A stretch of 36,760 bases of DNA from a virus: the IMG/VR virus record IMGVR_UViG_3300002821_000001. One strand, 5' to 3'. Of this stretch, positions 22,732-33,557 are shown one piece after another. Every line of letters starts with the position of its first letter. Position 1 is the first letter of the stretch. A program made the position numbers and the translations under genes. The notes under the pieces were generated by a model. That model searched no databases. It saw nothing but the letters and a program-made list of their open reading frames with translations, and was not told the origin of the DNA.

Positions 22732-23448
22732 ATGGCTGGTTATGCTTTAAGCATTATTAAAATGTTAAAGTTTGGCATGGAGAGTAGCCAAAATTTTCCT
22801 TATGACAAAGGAATTAAGTATCGGAGAAATCCCAAAAAACCACACATGCTAGACATATCGTTAAAATCTAATGCTACTATTCCATTAGGTGACAATCAAT
22901 ATTATTTTGAAATAGGAAACGAAGATGCACAAGTTAGAGCGCCACAATATTTTATATTAGAAAATGCCAAAGTGATTAGACGACCAAATAAAGGAACTGA
23001 TAAATCAAAAGGAACACAAGCAAATGTAGCCGACTTATCTAAACGAGATTATAATTCAACGATTACAAGACAACGCACACAATCAAAAAGTGGTCGTTAT
23101 AGTCAATTAGAAACAATACAAGAATATCGGCAAAATATGGATAGGAACTTTATGGGTAGGGCTTCAAAAGCAAGAGAATATGCCGAAAGAGTTAAACACC
23201 ACAATATCTATAATCGTAATTATCGTTATAATACGCATTGGCAATACATAGAACGTATATTAGCACAATTAGTTCCACAAATAGCAAGTAACATAGGCGC
23301 TAGACTTATTATTGGTGGTGGTGGTTTAGATAATGATGAATTATTTTCAAGCCCAAGCACAATGATATTAAATCGTGCAGGTGCTGATGTTAATATTGAT
23401 ACGATGACTGGTGAACTAATTGGCGATTTTGAAAATGTTATTGGTTAA
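22732..23448 (+). CDS. hypothetical virion protein (238 aa)
   Basis: GAGGT RBS, structural module context. Confidence 0.55.
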   Translation: MAGYALSIIKMLKFGMESSQNFPYDKGIKYRRNPKKPHMLDISLKSNATIPLGDNQYYFEIGNEDAQVRAPQYFILENAKVIRRPNKGTDKSKGTQANVADLSKRDYNSTITRQRTQSKSGRYSQLETIQEYRQNMDRNFMGRASKAREYAERVKHHNIYNRNYRYNTHWQYIERILAQLVPQIASNIGARLIIGGGGLDNDELFSSPSTMILNRAGADVNIDTMTGELIGDFENVIG

Positions 23449-23519
23449 AAGTGTTAAAATATTAATAATAAGATATTTGTAAAGCGATATTTGCTAAAAT
23501 AATAGCATAGGAGAAGTAT

Positions 23520-24764
23520 ATGGCTGAAATGTATGATATTGATTATATAAGGGCGATAATACAACATGAGTTAAACGATGATACAATATTTTTAACATCT
23601 TTTTACGAGCAAATTGGCAATCAAGACGCTTTAGAACGCTATGCTAAAAAGATTGAAGAATTAATTTATGACCTTAACAAGCAATCATATAAAGCAAGGG
23701 GCGTTATATCACAAAGTGGCAGTGCTGACATTGTTAATATTGTTAACAATTACATTTGTCCTTTAGAATATGGAGTTAGATTAGATGTTGCTTATGATAA
23801 ACAACTTGAGGAAGACAGCACCGATGAAGATAGCGACATTGAATATGTTAATGAAAAAGTAAATCAATTATTGCTAAAAATAAAAGGTCGCAAGTTTGAT
23901 GTTGTTCAAGGCGAAGATGGCGATTTATATGTTTGTAAAACGCCAACAATAAATTATACAACGGGTCAATTAGAATTAAACGACGATGTATACATGGTTT
24001 ATACGGGAACAGAAGATATTACTTATGCAGGAGATTTAGTTACAATCGCATATGAACTTTGTGGAACAAGCAAGGTTTGGGCTAAACCATCAACGCAAGT
24101 TGGAGTTACTGCTACTTATAGCGTATATATTGAAAGTGATGGTAAATTATACAAAGCCGACTTTGCTATTGTATATATGGGTGGAACAACATATCTTTAT
24201 AATTTGGTTAATGTTGTTGAAATAGAAGATACATTTAGTAAATATAAAGTATCGTTAAGTGTTAATAATTTACAACAAGATATGCCTTATGACTTTAATG
24301 GAACGGGAAGAATGGCTATTTTCTTTAATGGACAAGCAACTATTTGTGATGAAAATGTAATGCTTGGAAACGATATTATTAAAACGCGTATTGCTGGTTA
24401 TGTTGTTGAACCATTAGAAATACCTAGCGGTAGTAAGTTAAGCGACACCGGAAATCAAATTGTATCTAGCACATATCCATTGCCGACAACTTATAATGCT
24501 AGTGTAGAAAACACATTAAGTTATGCTTTTAATGTCGTAAGGAACAATGATTTGATTATGGCATTATATAATTTGGCAAGAAAGCAATCTATTGCTAGTC
24601 CATTAACAAGTATTGACATGACATTTACTATTGAAGAATACGATTATCAATTTGGCATTTTAACTAAAGATACAATCAAATGCAAATTAGATGATTTAAG
24701 CATTATGAACACCAACGGAGATATACTAACTATTAAAGTAGTTTTCAAATTAGGTAGTTATTGA
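23520..24764 (+). CDS. hypothetical virion protein (414 aa)
   Basis: AGGAGAAG RBS, structural module context. Confidence 0.6.
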   Translation: MAEMYDIDYIRAIIQHELNDDTIFLTSFYEQIGNQDALERYAKKIEELIYDLNKQSYKARGVISQSGSADIVNIVNNYICPLEYGVRLDVAYDKQLEEDSTDEDSDIEYVNEKVNQLLLKIKGRKFDVVQGEDGDLYVCKTPTINYTTGQLELNDDVYMVYTGTEDITYAGDLVTIAYELCGTSKVWAKPSTQVGVTATYSVYIESDGKLYKADFAIVYMGGTTYLYNLVNVVEIEDTFSKYKVSLSVNNLQQDMPYDFNGTGRMAIFFNGQATICDENVMLGNDIIKTRIAGYVVEPLEIPSGSKLSDTGNQIVSSTYPLPTTYNASVENTLSYAFNVVRNNDLIMALYNLARKQSIASPLTSIDMTFTIEEYDYQFGILTKDTIKCKLDDLSIMNTNGDILTIKVVFKLGSY

Positions 24765-25246
24765 TGGCAACGATATTTAGATTTATAGTTGAAGATAAAG
24801 CGACAAAAGCACTTGGCACAAATGTAAGAATTAGCGCCGATGGTGAAGTTTTGCCAAAAGCAGGTGCTGGTGTTAAAAATATTTTAGGAACTGGAACATC
24901 ACACGGAGGCGTAGAACACAATAAGTATAGTCGAGCAATTAACCCGTTGATGAATAAATTTACTGGTGGATGGTGGGAAAAAGGCAGAAGGTTAAGCAGT
25001 TCCGCGTTAGATGTCGCTTCATCAAGCAAGGCTGACTTTATGTATGGTGCTAAAATGGTAGGTGGCGTTTTAATCATTCAATTTGCTTTGATGGAATTAG
25101 CCCGTGCCGTAGAAAGAACAATTAAAGAAGCAAATCAAGCAAATCAATCTAACTATTTGAGAATTAGAAGTGGCTTACAAGTGCTTGGAAGTGATTATCA
25201 AGTTAAAAAAAGTGTATTTGGAAAGATTACTTTCAAATCACAATAG
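24764..25246 (+). CDS. hypothetical virion protein with one hydrophobic helix (160 aa)
   Basis: ATG overlaps the upstream TGA. MVGGVLIIQFALMELA hydrophobic segment. Confidence 0.5.
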   Translation: MATIFRFIVEDKATKALGTNVRISADGEVLPKAGAGVKNILGTGTSHGGVEHNKYSRAINPLMNKFTGGWWEKGRRLSSSALDVASSSKADFMYGAKMVGGVLIIQFALMELARAVERTIKEANQANQSNYLRIRSGLQVLGSDYQVKKSVFGKITFKSQ

Positions 25247-25259
25247 GGGGTAACTAATA

Positions 25260-25412
25260 ATGGAAGATAACTGCAATGGGATGTATTGGGCTGGGTTTAC
25301 AACAATGCTAGTAATTATTTTATTATTTGCTATGCTTGTTATTAGTGGCGGTGTTACTAATAGCACAACAAGCAGTCAAGAAAATAATACTATGGAAGTG
25401 GAAAGATTATGA
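25260..25412 (+). CDS. small membrane protein (50 aa)
   Basis: TAGGGGGTAA RBS. YWAGFTTMLVIILLFAMLVISGG TM segment. Stop overlaps the next ATG. Confidence 0.45.
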   Translation: MEDNCNGMYWAGFTTMLVIILLFAMLVISGGVTNSTTSSQENNTMEVERL

Positions 25413-28039
25413 GTTTTGCTTTATATGGTTATGATAAATACGATGGCTTTTCCGAGTTTCTAATAGGAGAACCTAAACTACCTTTTGATATTGCTGATAA
25501 TATAAATGAATTGCCAAATAGCGCTAAATGCGTTGTGCTTAATACAACCGAAAACGCATATGACCCAAACACGATTGTTAAAGAAACTGAAAGCGCGATG
25601 TGGTTTATTATTAAACAAGATGATTGTGAGTTTATTTCTTACGATGAAGATGATGTTGCTATATATAAACACACACTACAATTAGGCGATATGCTTGAAT
25701 ATTTTTCTTTTGTGAGAGTTCCTAGTTGTGTATTCCCAGCAGGAAGATATACGCTTGCCAAAGCATTTACCCGTTTATTTAATATCGCTAAGGTTTCTAT
25801 TACGATAACTTGGGCTAACTATACTTTTGTTGATAGCACAACAAGAACAAAGCATTTTTCATTTAATAAAAATTATCAACTATCAACAGCCATTAGAGAT
25901 TTATGTAAATCGTTTAACGCGATTGCTTATCTTTGGTATGATAGTGGATTTCATCTAGGTTTTAAGCAACGATATGGATATGGAGTTCCACTTGGCGCGA
26001 TAGACACAATATTTCCAAGTGTTCAACGAAAAATATCTAGCAATAGCGATAAATACATGACAAGGGTTTATAGCCCATTAGAAAATGTCAGAAATTCTAA
26101 TTATATTATGTATCCAAACAACTTTGGAGTTCATAGTGTTGATACGACGTCATTAGCATTTGACGGAGATAAAGCGTTAATACCATTACCAAATAAAATA
26201 AGTGATGTTTTTTGGCTTCAAATGTTAAGACCTTGCAAAATAGTAAGACAATTAAGAGATATTAGCGGAACAATAATCGGAAGCGAAGCATTAGGAATTT
26301 ATGAAACGTATAACAACTTAACTGCCGAACAATGGAAAGCGTTTGCCATTAGAGAATTAAATTTATTTTCTTATATTACTGAAAGCGATATAAACGCATC
26401 GGCTGATTTTCCACACGATTGGGAAATAGGTCTTTATGATGGTAGTGGCTGGAATTATTTATTTAATTTATTGCCACCAAGAGATTATGAAACAACCGAA
26501 CCAAGTAATGCTACTAATACCGACCAAGAGCATAGTTTTACTTGGGAAACTGACAGCACATACATTAAAGTTCCAAAAGCATTAACATATACAAGCGCAT
26601 ACACGACTATTTATGATTATGAAATAATGAGCAAGGCGGCAACGGGAACAGATACCGAGCATTTAATTATTAGATTGTATACAGCATACCACTATAAAAC
26701 ATTTTTTAGAGTGATGTATTCTCCTATTGGAGATGTTGTTTTATCTTATGATAACGATGATGAAGCACAAGATGAAAGACCTTATAATCAAAGTGGAACA
26801 TTATTGGATGGATATAGCGTAAGTAAATTAGTTAGTGCCTATGCCGACGAAAGCGCTAGTGAAACGATAACAAGATATAAAGAGTTTTCAACATTTGCTA
26901 GTATTTATAGTTGCGGTCAAAAGGTAATTAAAGACAATCGTCAATATGTAATAGGTCAAAGGTCTATTGATTGTTATAAAGATAAGTTTCTTGTATTATT
27001 TTCATTAACAAGAGATAAGGTGGCAAGAGATGAAAACGTAAGTGCCGATACTGATGTTTCTACATATGCCGTTCCAGATAAAAACCTTGTTAAACGAGTT
27101 CAAATATATAAGGACTATTTAGAAATAGGAATTTATAATGGCGACGGACACCATGATAGCCCTTATTTAGTTCCAACTTTAGATTTGCTAACATTTAATA
27201 GTGCCAATAATGTTGGTTTTATTTACGACTTTGATGGAATATGTGCTACTTATAATAGCGCAGGCACAACTATTGAAAGATTTGTAGTTCCAACAACTAG
27301 AATGCCATTTGTAAGGTCGATTATATTTAGAACAGATTTTATGGAAAACTATATTATTGGTATTAAACAAAGTGGCACAAATATTCAAGTTCCAATTCGT
27401 TATGCCGATGCTAATGGAGAAGTTTATAGAATTAGATGGTCGTTAATAAAAACAGACGATTACGCCGCAATAATGACTGCTAGTGATTATGAAACATTAC
27501 CACAATTATCAAGTGCCACATATTTAAGTTTGGTAAATAATTTTTCAGTTGCAAAAGACGAAACAACATACGATAAATCGTCTTATGAGATACCAGTATT
27601 CCAATATCATATAGAAATAAATGGCGGAACAAACGCATTAGCACAAATAGTCGTTGGAGAAAATATACTAGAACAATTTCCAATGGTATTTTCAGCGCCA
27701 TTAAATTTCGCACACTATTATTATATTATTAGTGAAATACCAATTACTATTGAAAACGCAGGAGAAAGATATAAAATATTAGCAACAGATTTGGGTTATA
27801 ATGAATATGAGCATTTAGCGGTTATATCGGTAGGAACTACAAGCGACTATATTATATCTTTAATAAATACATATCCATCATCGCCAAATAGCGTATCGTT
27901 AATTGGAAAACATATCGGCATTTATGCGTGTCATAGCGCAACAAGTATGAGTTTGCCGAAGTTTTTATTTGCCATGAATTATTATGCACACACGAGTAAT
28001 ACTACAATACCAATCAATGTCAATAATTGGAAAATATAA
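25409..28039 (+). CDS. large tail / baseplate-like structural protein (876 aa)
   Basis: Called from size and its position just upstream of the fibre gene. No motif recognised. Confidence 0.6.
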   Translation: MSFALYGYDKYDGFSEFLIGEPKLPFDIADNINELPNSAKCVVLNTTENAYDPNTIVKETESAMWFIIKQDDCEFISYDEDDVAIYKHTLQLGDMLEYFSFVRVPSCVFPAGRYTLAKAFTRLFNIAKVSITITWANYTFVDSTTRTKHFSFNKNYQLSTAIRDLCKSFNAIAYLWYDSGFHLGFKQRYGYGVPLGAIDTIFPSVQRKISSNSDKYMTRVYSPLENVRNSNYIMYPNNFGVHSVDTTSLAFDGDKALIPLPNKISDVFWLQMLRPCKIVRQLRDISGTIIGSEALGIYETYNNLTAEQWKAFAIRELNLFSYITESDINASADFPHDWEIGLYDGSGWNYLFNLLPPRDYETTEPSNATNTDQEHSFTWETDSTYIKVPKALTYTSAYTTIYDYEIMSKAATGTDTEHLIIRLYTAYHYKTFFRVMYSPIGDVVLSYDNDDEAQDERPYNQSGTLLDGYSVSKLVSAYADESASETITRYKEFSTFASIYSCGQKVIKDNRQYVIGQRSIDCYKDKFLVLFSLTRDKVARDENVSADTDVSTYAVPDKNLVKRVQIYKDYLEIGIYNGDGHHDSPYLVPTLDLLTFNSANNVGFIYDFDGICATYNSAGTTIERFVVPTTRMPFVRSIIFRTDFMENYIIGIKQSGTNIQVPIRYADANGEVYRIRWSLIKTDDYAAIMTASDYETLPQLSSATYLSLVNNFSVAKDETTYDKSSYEIPVFQYHIEINGGTNALAQIVVGENILEQFPMVFSAPLNFAHYYYIISEIPITIENAGERYKILATDLGYNEYEHLAVISVGTTSDYIISLINTYPSSPNSVSLIGKHIGIYACHSATSMSLPKFLFAMNYYAHTSNTTIPINVNNWKI

Positions 28040-28121
28040 TCATCATTAATTGGAAAACATAATCATCGTTAATCAAATATGATAAAATAATAATAGATTA
28101 AAAAAATAGGTAGGTAATTAT

Positions 28122-31100
28122 ATGGGCTTTACGGAAACAAGAGCGTTAGACATATATTACGGAGAAGATAGAAAACCCCGTGATATAAATGGAAAGCAAA
28201 TCGGCTTTATCGGGGAAGATATTAAAGGCGGTCATTTAGCGACACAAATCAATTTTCATTTTGAAGAAGGCGACATTGGCGAACATGGCGCGGTTATTAT
28301 TATCGCAAAACGAGCCGATGGTCAAATGCGTTATGACTTATGCACTAAATCAGGAACAGGAACTTCGGCTTATTATGTTGCCGAATTAAATAATTGGTAT
28401 TTAGAAAAACACGGAACATTAGTGCTTGATGTTAAAGCATACACTAACGATACGACCGCTGCTTATACTATTGTCGATGATGTTTTAACACCAGCAACTG
28501 GAACAAAGATTATCGTTGGAACTACATTTACATTTGATGTTAAATATGCGCCATTACCAAGCACTGCGGTATCGGCAACTGAATTATCAACTATTGACTT
28601 GATTTTAACGGCGGTGCAATCTAAACCTGATTTTCAAGATATTGTAAAAGTAAGTGTTTCATTACCAAGTGATTTAGGCGATACACCTAACGAATATGAT
28701 GGACGATGGTTTTTAATCAATGATGGAAAAAATGGTATTTTTTATTACATTGATGGAGATACCCCCATTGAAGCAAACATTGGCACTACTATTGCTAAGT
28801 TATTAGATTGCGATATTGGTAGTTTGGTCAGTGGTGATGTGTTATCGTGGAATGGAACAAAATGGGTAAATAGCCCAAGATTAACAACTGCCGAAGCAAC
28901 GATTGTTTCAAATACAAGTAGAATTGGTGTTAATGAAGCGTCAATTAGTAATCACGAGGGTAGAATAACAACTGCTGAAGAAACGCTAGAAACACTTGTC
29001 GTTACGGGCGGTATTGAAGTTAATAAGTATGCTACATATGCTGATTTTCCTGCTATAGGTAGCGATTTACGATTATATTTAGCACGAGATACCGATAAAA
29101 TGTATCATTGGGAAACAAGTGCTTATGAAGAAGTATCTAATGATGTAAATATTGATACCGAAACCGATGGTGGCATTGTTTTTTGGAACGCAACATTAGG
29201 TAAAATTGACACTGACGCTAATTTGAAGTTTGATAGTAATGGTTTCGCTACTCCAACAATTAGAACTAATATCATAAAATCCATGACATCAGTAAGCGGT
29301 GTAATAACCATTAATAGTGAAGATAACGTTACATTGATTAAAGGTTTATCTATTGGTGGCGACTTAAATATTGCTGGAGATATTATTCAACAAGGTGCGG
29401 CTTATGAAACACACGCCGAACAAGTTTATACCAAAGATGACACAATCATATTAAGAGATGGCGCAGTTGGTGGTTTAGCAGTTGGCTCTTATGCTGGTTT
29501 AGTCGCAAAATTAGCGGATGGAGTAAATGACGCACATTTAGTTTTTGATGGTAATGGAATTGCTAAAGTCGGTGATTTTGGCTCATTACAAACATTAGCA
29601 ACACGTCAAGATACGCCAATATCAAACGGAATTCCTTATTGGAACGCAAGTGCTTATCGGTTTGATACAAACGAAACTATCAAAATAGATAATGTTGTTG
29701 TTGGTCCTACTTCCGTTACGCTAGATGGTAATATTGCTTTGTTTAACGGAACTACAGGAAAAATACTAAAAGATAGCACGTTGTCAATGTCTAATATTGC
29801 GAAGTTGGAAAATGAATTAATAGTAACTGGAAAGCATAAATATTACCCACTTGTAAAAAATTACGCTGGTAATTTAATCGGTAGTCATCAAACAGCAGTG
29901 TGGAATGGTAGCGATTGGACTGCGACTAATAACTTTGCGTTTGGTTATGCTGCGCTATATAATAACACGGGCGCTAGTTCAAATGCGTTTGGGTATAATG
30001 CGCTATATAATAACACGGGCGCTTATTCAAGTGCGTTTGGGTATAATGCGCTATATAATAACACGGGCGCTAGTTCAAATGCGTTTGGGATGTATGCGCT
30101 ATATAATAACACGGGCGCTAGTTCAAATGCGTTTGGTTATGCTGCGTTACAAAATAACACGGGCGCTTATTCAAGTGCGTTTGGGTATAATGCGCTATAT
30201 AATAACACGGGCGCTAGTTCAAGTGCGTTTGGGATGTATGCGCTATATAATAACACGGGCGCTAGTTCAAATGCGTTTGGTTATGCTGCGCTATATAATA
30301 ACACGGGCGCTAGTTCAAGTGCGTTTGGTTATGCTGCGCTATATAATAACACGGGCGCTAGTTCAAGTGCGTTTGGGTATAATGCGCTATATAATAACAC
30401 GGGCGCTTATTCAAGTGCGTTTGGGTATAATGCGTTAAGATATAATCAATCGTTAAATAATACGGCGATAGGCTATCAAGCAGGAAAAGATTTTTTAGAT
30501 AACATAAGTGGAAATAAAACTTGTGATTATACAGCGATTGACACAACGCTAGAACGAGCAACAATAATTTCACATGGATTTGGCGCAACAAACGATTATG
30601 TCAATATAAAATATGCGTCAACAACGGGAACAGCAATCGGTGGTTTAACGATTGGAAATATTTATCAAGTAAAAATTATAGACGCTAACACAATCGAGTT
30701 TTACGATGGTGGCAGTAAGCGTAATCTAACATCGCAAGGAACAGGAACGCATACATTTACGCCACAATATGCTTATACTAACTTTACTTTGATTGGGGCT
30801 AATACAATTCCGACAGGGTCTAATCGCCTAATTTTAGGCGACAGTAATGTTACTGATATATTTGCTGGACAAAACGGAACTGCAAAAATAAATGCTGGTG
30901 TTTTCGTTTCTAGTGTTGGTGTTGGAACTTCGCCAATGACGATTGCTTCGACAACTTTAGTTAGCAATCTAAACGCCGATTTATTAGACGGAAATGAAGC
31001 AAGCGCGTTTCAACCACTTATTTCAACTGGAACAAATTTACAATACTATCGTGGTGATAAAACATGGGCGACGCTACCGACAACGCTACCTGCAAGTGAT

Positions 31101-32180
31101 GTCTATGCTTGGGCGAAAGCGGCGACAAAGCCAAGTTATTCCTATAGCGAAATTACGGGAACGCCACCTGCTATTGCTTTAACCGATGTATTTACTGACA
31201 CCACATTTGCTAGTTTTTTAACAAACGTTTATATAGCACCATACACAAGCGTTCAAGAGGGCGATGTTGTTATTTTATCAACAGACCACAAAACGTATAT
31301 TCATAATGGTGGAACTGCTGGAACAAGCGCCGATTTTACCGAATTACAAACGCCAACAGATGTTGTTACTTCAGTTAATGGCGATACAGGCGTTGTTGTT
31401 TTGAACCTTGACGATATTGCCGATGGAAGCACACGCAAACTTTCTGACTATTCACTAACGGGACACACGCACACTTCATTTGATGACCTAACAATAGAAA
31501 ATAGCGCGGTAGGTGTTGTGCCGCTTACAATCAATGGTTTAACTTCAACTACTGCTAACTTACAAAATTGGAGTGTAAATAGTTTTCCTATTTTATCAAT
31601 TGACAAAGACGGAAACATTAGAGCAAGTGAGAGAGCATTAGTCATTTCAAGTGAAGAGGGTGCTTCATTAACATTATCTACAAGTGGCGATAGTTATTTA
31701 GATAGTGGCGTTTCCTACTTGTATCTTGATGGTGGCAAAATAGTCGCTAGTGCCGATTTAGAATTAGACGCTAAATTAAAAGATTATGCCAATAGCACAG
31801 GAACTACGGGGCAAATTATGAAAGTAAATGCCACTGGTTATCCTGAATGGAAATCGCCTAAACCTACCGACACTTTATTAGGTAGTAGGGCAAGCGATGG
31901 AACAATTAGTGTAACCGATGTTGATACTTTTGACGAGATTATTGTTGAAATTGAAGATGAAGATGTTGATGGAGATTATGAAATGTCAAGAACAAGCGTT
32001 TCGATTGCCGATTTTAATTCGGTTCATAACAGATTGAAACATAGTTTATTCTCGGTGACTAGCACTGCATTTGTTCATACACAAGTAAGTAGAGATAGTG
32101 CTGGAACTACACTTACGATTGATTTTAGTGGCACAGGTGGAAATGTTACTAATTGTTATATTTATGGAAGGAAATGGTAA
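28122..32180 (+). CDS. tail fibre / receptor-binding protein (1352 aa) with 12 tandem 14-aa repeats
   Basis: AFGY(N/A)ALYNNTGA(S/Y)S(S/N) repeats, resembling the G..AL..NTTG..N.A.G repeats of phage fibres and trimeric adhesin heads. Called also from size and position. Confidence 0.75.
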   Translation: MGFTETRALDIYYGEDRKPRDINGKQIGFIGEDIKGGHLATQINFHFEEGDIGEHGAVIIIAKRADGQMRYDLCTKSGTGTSAYYVAELNNWYLEKHGTLVLDVKAYTNDTTAAYTIVDDVLTPATGTKIIVGTTFTFDVKYAPLPSTAVSATELSTIDLILTAVQSKPDFQDIVKVSVSLPSDLGDTPNEYDGRWFLINDGKNGIFYYIDGDTPIEANIGTTIAKLLDCDIGSLVSGDVLSWNGTKWVNSPRLTTAEATIVSNTSRIGVNEASISNHEGRITTAEETLETLVVTGGIEVNKYATYADFPAIGSDLRLYLARDTDKMYHWETSAYEEVSNDVNIDTETDGGIVFWNATLGKIDTDANLKFDSNGFATPTIRTNIIKSMTSVSGVITINSEDNVTLIKGLSIGGDLNIAGDIIQQGAAYETHAEQVYTKDDTIILRDGAVGGLAVGSYAGLVAKLADGVNDAHLVFDGNGIAKVGDFGSLQTLATRQDTPISNGIPYWNASAYRFDTNETIKIDNVVVGPTSVTLDGNIALFNGTTGKILKDSTLSMSNIAKLENELIVTGKHKYYPLVKNYAGNLIGSHQTAVWNGSDWTATNNFAFGYAALYNNTGASSNAFGYNALYNNTGAYSSAFGYNALYNNTGASSNAFGMYALYNNTGASSNAFGYAALQNNTGAYSSAFGYNALYNNTGASSSAFGMYALYNNTGASSNAFGYAALYNNTGASSSAFGYAALYNNTGASSSAFGYNALYNNTGAYSSAFGYNALRYNQSLNNTAIGYQAGKDFLDNISGNKTCDYTAIDTTLERATIISHGFGATNDYVNIKYASTTGTAIGGLTIGNIYQVKIIDANTIEFYDGGSKRNLTSQGTGTHTFTPQYAYTNFTLIGANTIPTGSNRLILGDSNVTDIFAGQNGTAKINAGVFVSSVGVGTSPMTIASTTLVSNLNADLLDGNEASAFQPLISTGTNLQYYRGDKTWATLPTTLPASDVYAWAKAATKPSYSYSEITGTPPAIALTDVFTDTTFASFLTNVYIAPYTSVQEGDVVILSTDHKTYIHNGGTAGTSADFTELQTPTDVVTSVNGDTGVVVLNLDDIADGSTRKLSDYSLTGHTHTSFDDLTIENSAVGVVPLTINGLTSTTANLQNWSVNSFPILSIDKDGNIRASERALVISSEEGASLTLSTSGDSYLDSGVSYLYLDGGKIVASADLELDAKLKDYANSTGTTGQIMKVNATGYPEWKSPKPTDTLLGSRASDGTISVTDVDTFDEIIVEIEDEDVDGDYEMSRTSVSIADFNSVHNRLKHSLFSVTSTAFVHTQVSRDSAGTTLTIDFSGTGGNVTNCYIYGRKW
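29937..30440 (+). repeat. about 12 near-identical 42-bp tandem repeats within the fibre gene
   Basis: The unit gcgtttgggtataatgcgctatataataacacgggcgctagttcaaat recurs with few substitutions. Confidence 0.9.
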
Positions 32181-32182
32181 TT

Positions 32183-32335
32183 ATGATTTACTATCAATAT
32201 GAATTAAACGAGTTAGGCGTAATCATCGCTATTCACTCATCGAACACACCATTTAACGAAAGGTCGATTACGATTGAAAACATTAAGAAAATCAAACTTG
32301 GTCGCACAACCGAAACACAACTTCAAGCGTTATGA
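32183..32335 (+). CDS. hypothetical small protein (50 aa)
   Basis: GGAAGGAAA RBS before ATG 32183. Confidence 0.45.
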   Translation: MIYYQYELNELGVIIAIHSSNTPFNERSITIENIKKIKLGRTTETQLQAL

Positions 32336-32667
32336 AGCGTTTTTTTAATGGATTGTGGGTTTGGACAAAGAACTTCGTTAAGTTGCTGATTAATTGGAAG
32401 TTCCTTTTATCATTTGGGATTGCCTGGATTTTATTTAATGGCATATGGTATGTTGGTCTTGGTTTTGGGATTGTCTATAACATCACATGGTTAAAAACAA
32501 TATGTGGTGCTTATGTTACAATGCTTTATATGCCATGGACTGCCGAAAAATTAATCACCGTGCCACTAGGCATTGTGTTTGCTAAATGGTTTTTCCCAAA
32601 AGATATTAAATTAAGAGGACAAATTAGCGCTCTCTTACCAACTAAAAAACAATTAAACAATCAGTAA
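32332..32667 (+). CDS. putative holin-like membrane protein (about 3 TM segments, basic C-terminus)
   Basis: Trp/Phe-rich hydrophobic segments and a charged tail KDIKLRGQISALLPTKKQ. Lies downstream of the fibre gene. Confidence 0.4.
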   Translation: MKRFFNGLWVWTKNFVKLLINWKFLLSFGIAWILFNGIWYVGLGFGIVYNITWLKTICGAYVTMLYMPWTAEKLITVPLGIVFAKWFFPKDIKLRGQISALLPTKKQLNNQ

Positions 32668-32700
32668 ACGTAATCACCGATAAGTAATAAATTATTAATA

Positions 32701-32709
32701 TGGTATAAT
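32701..32709 (+). promoter_or_regulatory. extended -10 promoter TGgTATAAT
   Basis: Same TGGTATAATAATA string as at 8734. About 20 nt upstream of the AGAGGAG RBS of the 32730 gene. Confidence 0.5.
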
Positions 32710-32729
32710 AATAAGAGGAGTTATAAGAT

Positions 32730-33125
32730 ATGGTAAAACAAACGAATAGTGAATTAGTAATGAGTTCTTTTAGAAAAAGTATTAATGATGGAGATATTTA
32801 TGTTTTAACTAAACGCGGAAATGATTTAATTGGCATTGATAAAGTTGCTTATATTAGTGGTGCTGAATATAATGAACTTGCGTCAGTTGCTAATAAAAAT
32901 AAATCAAAGTTAGAAGCGGAAAATAAAGCGAAACATGAAGAAGAACAAACTTTATTGTTTACAAGATTACACGATATAAACAATGAAATATTGGCTAATT
33001 ACAACAAACAACTATTAATCAATAAAAAGTTGCTTAGCATTATTAAAGTAATGTTTGGTAGTGTAGACGGAGATTTAGAAGTATTAATCAAGGAACTAGA
33101 TGGCGAGGTAAATAAAAATGAATAA
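32730..33125 (+). CDS. hypothetical coiled-coil protein (131 aa)
   Basis: AGAGGAG RBS. Lys/Glu/Asn-rich helical sequence. Confidence 0.55.
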   Translation: MVKQTNSELVMSSFRKSINDGDIYVLTKRGNDLIGIDKVAYISGAEYNELASVANKNKSKLEAENKAKHEEEQTLLFTRLHDINNEILANYNKQLLINKKLLSIIKVMFGSVDGDLEVLIKELDGEVNKNE

Positions 33126-33552
33126 TTTTTTAATGGTAGTTTTAACTGAACTTCCAGAAGATATTAACCAATTATGGAACATGGAAGTTTTAGGCTATAC
33201 AACAATCGGTGCTATTGCCACATTCATCGGTGGTTTTATTTACACGTTGATAAGGGCAAAAATTCAACGAAAAGCAATATCTAGTGGTCTTACTAATACT
33301 ACAATGACTGAAAATCAACACTATAAAGAATTTTTAGAATATAAAATTAATGCGGAAAATAGAATTAAAGAATTAGAAGAAGATAATTATATATTGGCAC
33401 AATCAAGTTTCAGAAAAGAGGCAAAAGAGATTGCCAATAAATATCTTAACCGCGCCATGAATAAAGAAAAAGAAAAAGAATTGTTGGAGAAAGCAAAATC
33501 ATCGCCAATCGTAAATGAAGTTGTAGAACACGTTAAAAAGAAGTTTAGGTAA
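33118..33552 (+). CDS. single-pass membrane protein with a coiled-coil C-terminal domain (144 aa)
   Basis: TM segment GYTTIGAIATFIGGFIYTLI followed by a charged helical region. Confidence 0.5.
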   Translation: MNNFLMVVLTELPEDINQLWNMEVLGYTTIGAIATFIGGFIYTLIRAKIQRKAISSGLTNTTMTENQHYKEFLEYKINAENRIKELEEDNYILAQSSFRKEAKEIANKYLNRAMNKEKEKELLEKAKSSPIVNEVVEHVKKKFR

Positions 33553-33557
33553 TTAAA

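Noticed and set aside
29905-30438. 177-aa + strand ORF in an alternative frame of the fibre gene
   Set aside because: It is a by-product of the 42-bp repeats, giving a periodic low-complexity peptide. It has no RBS and lies entirely inside a well-supported gene.
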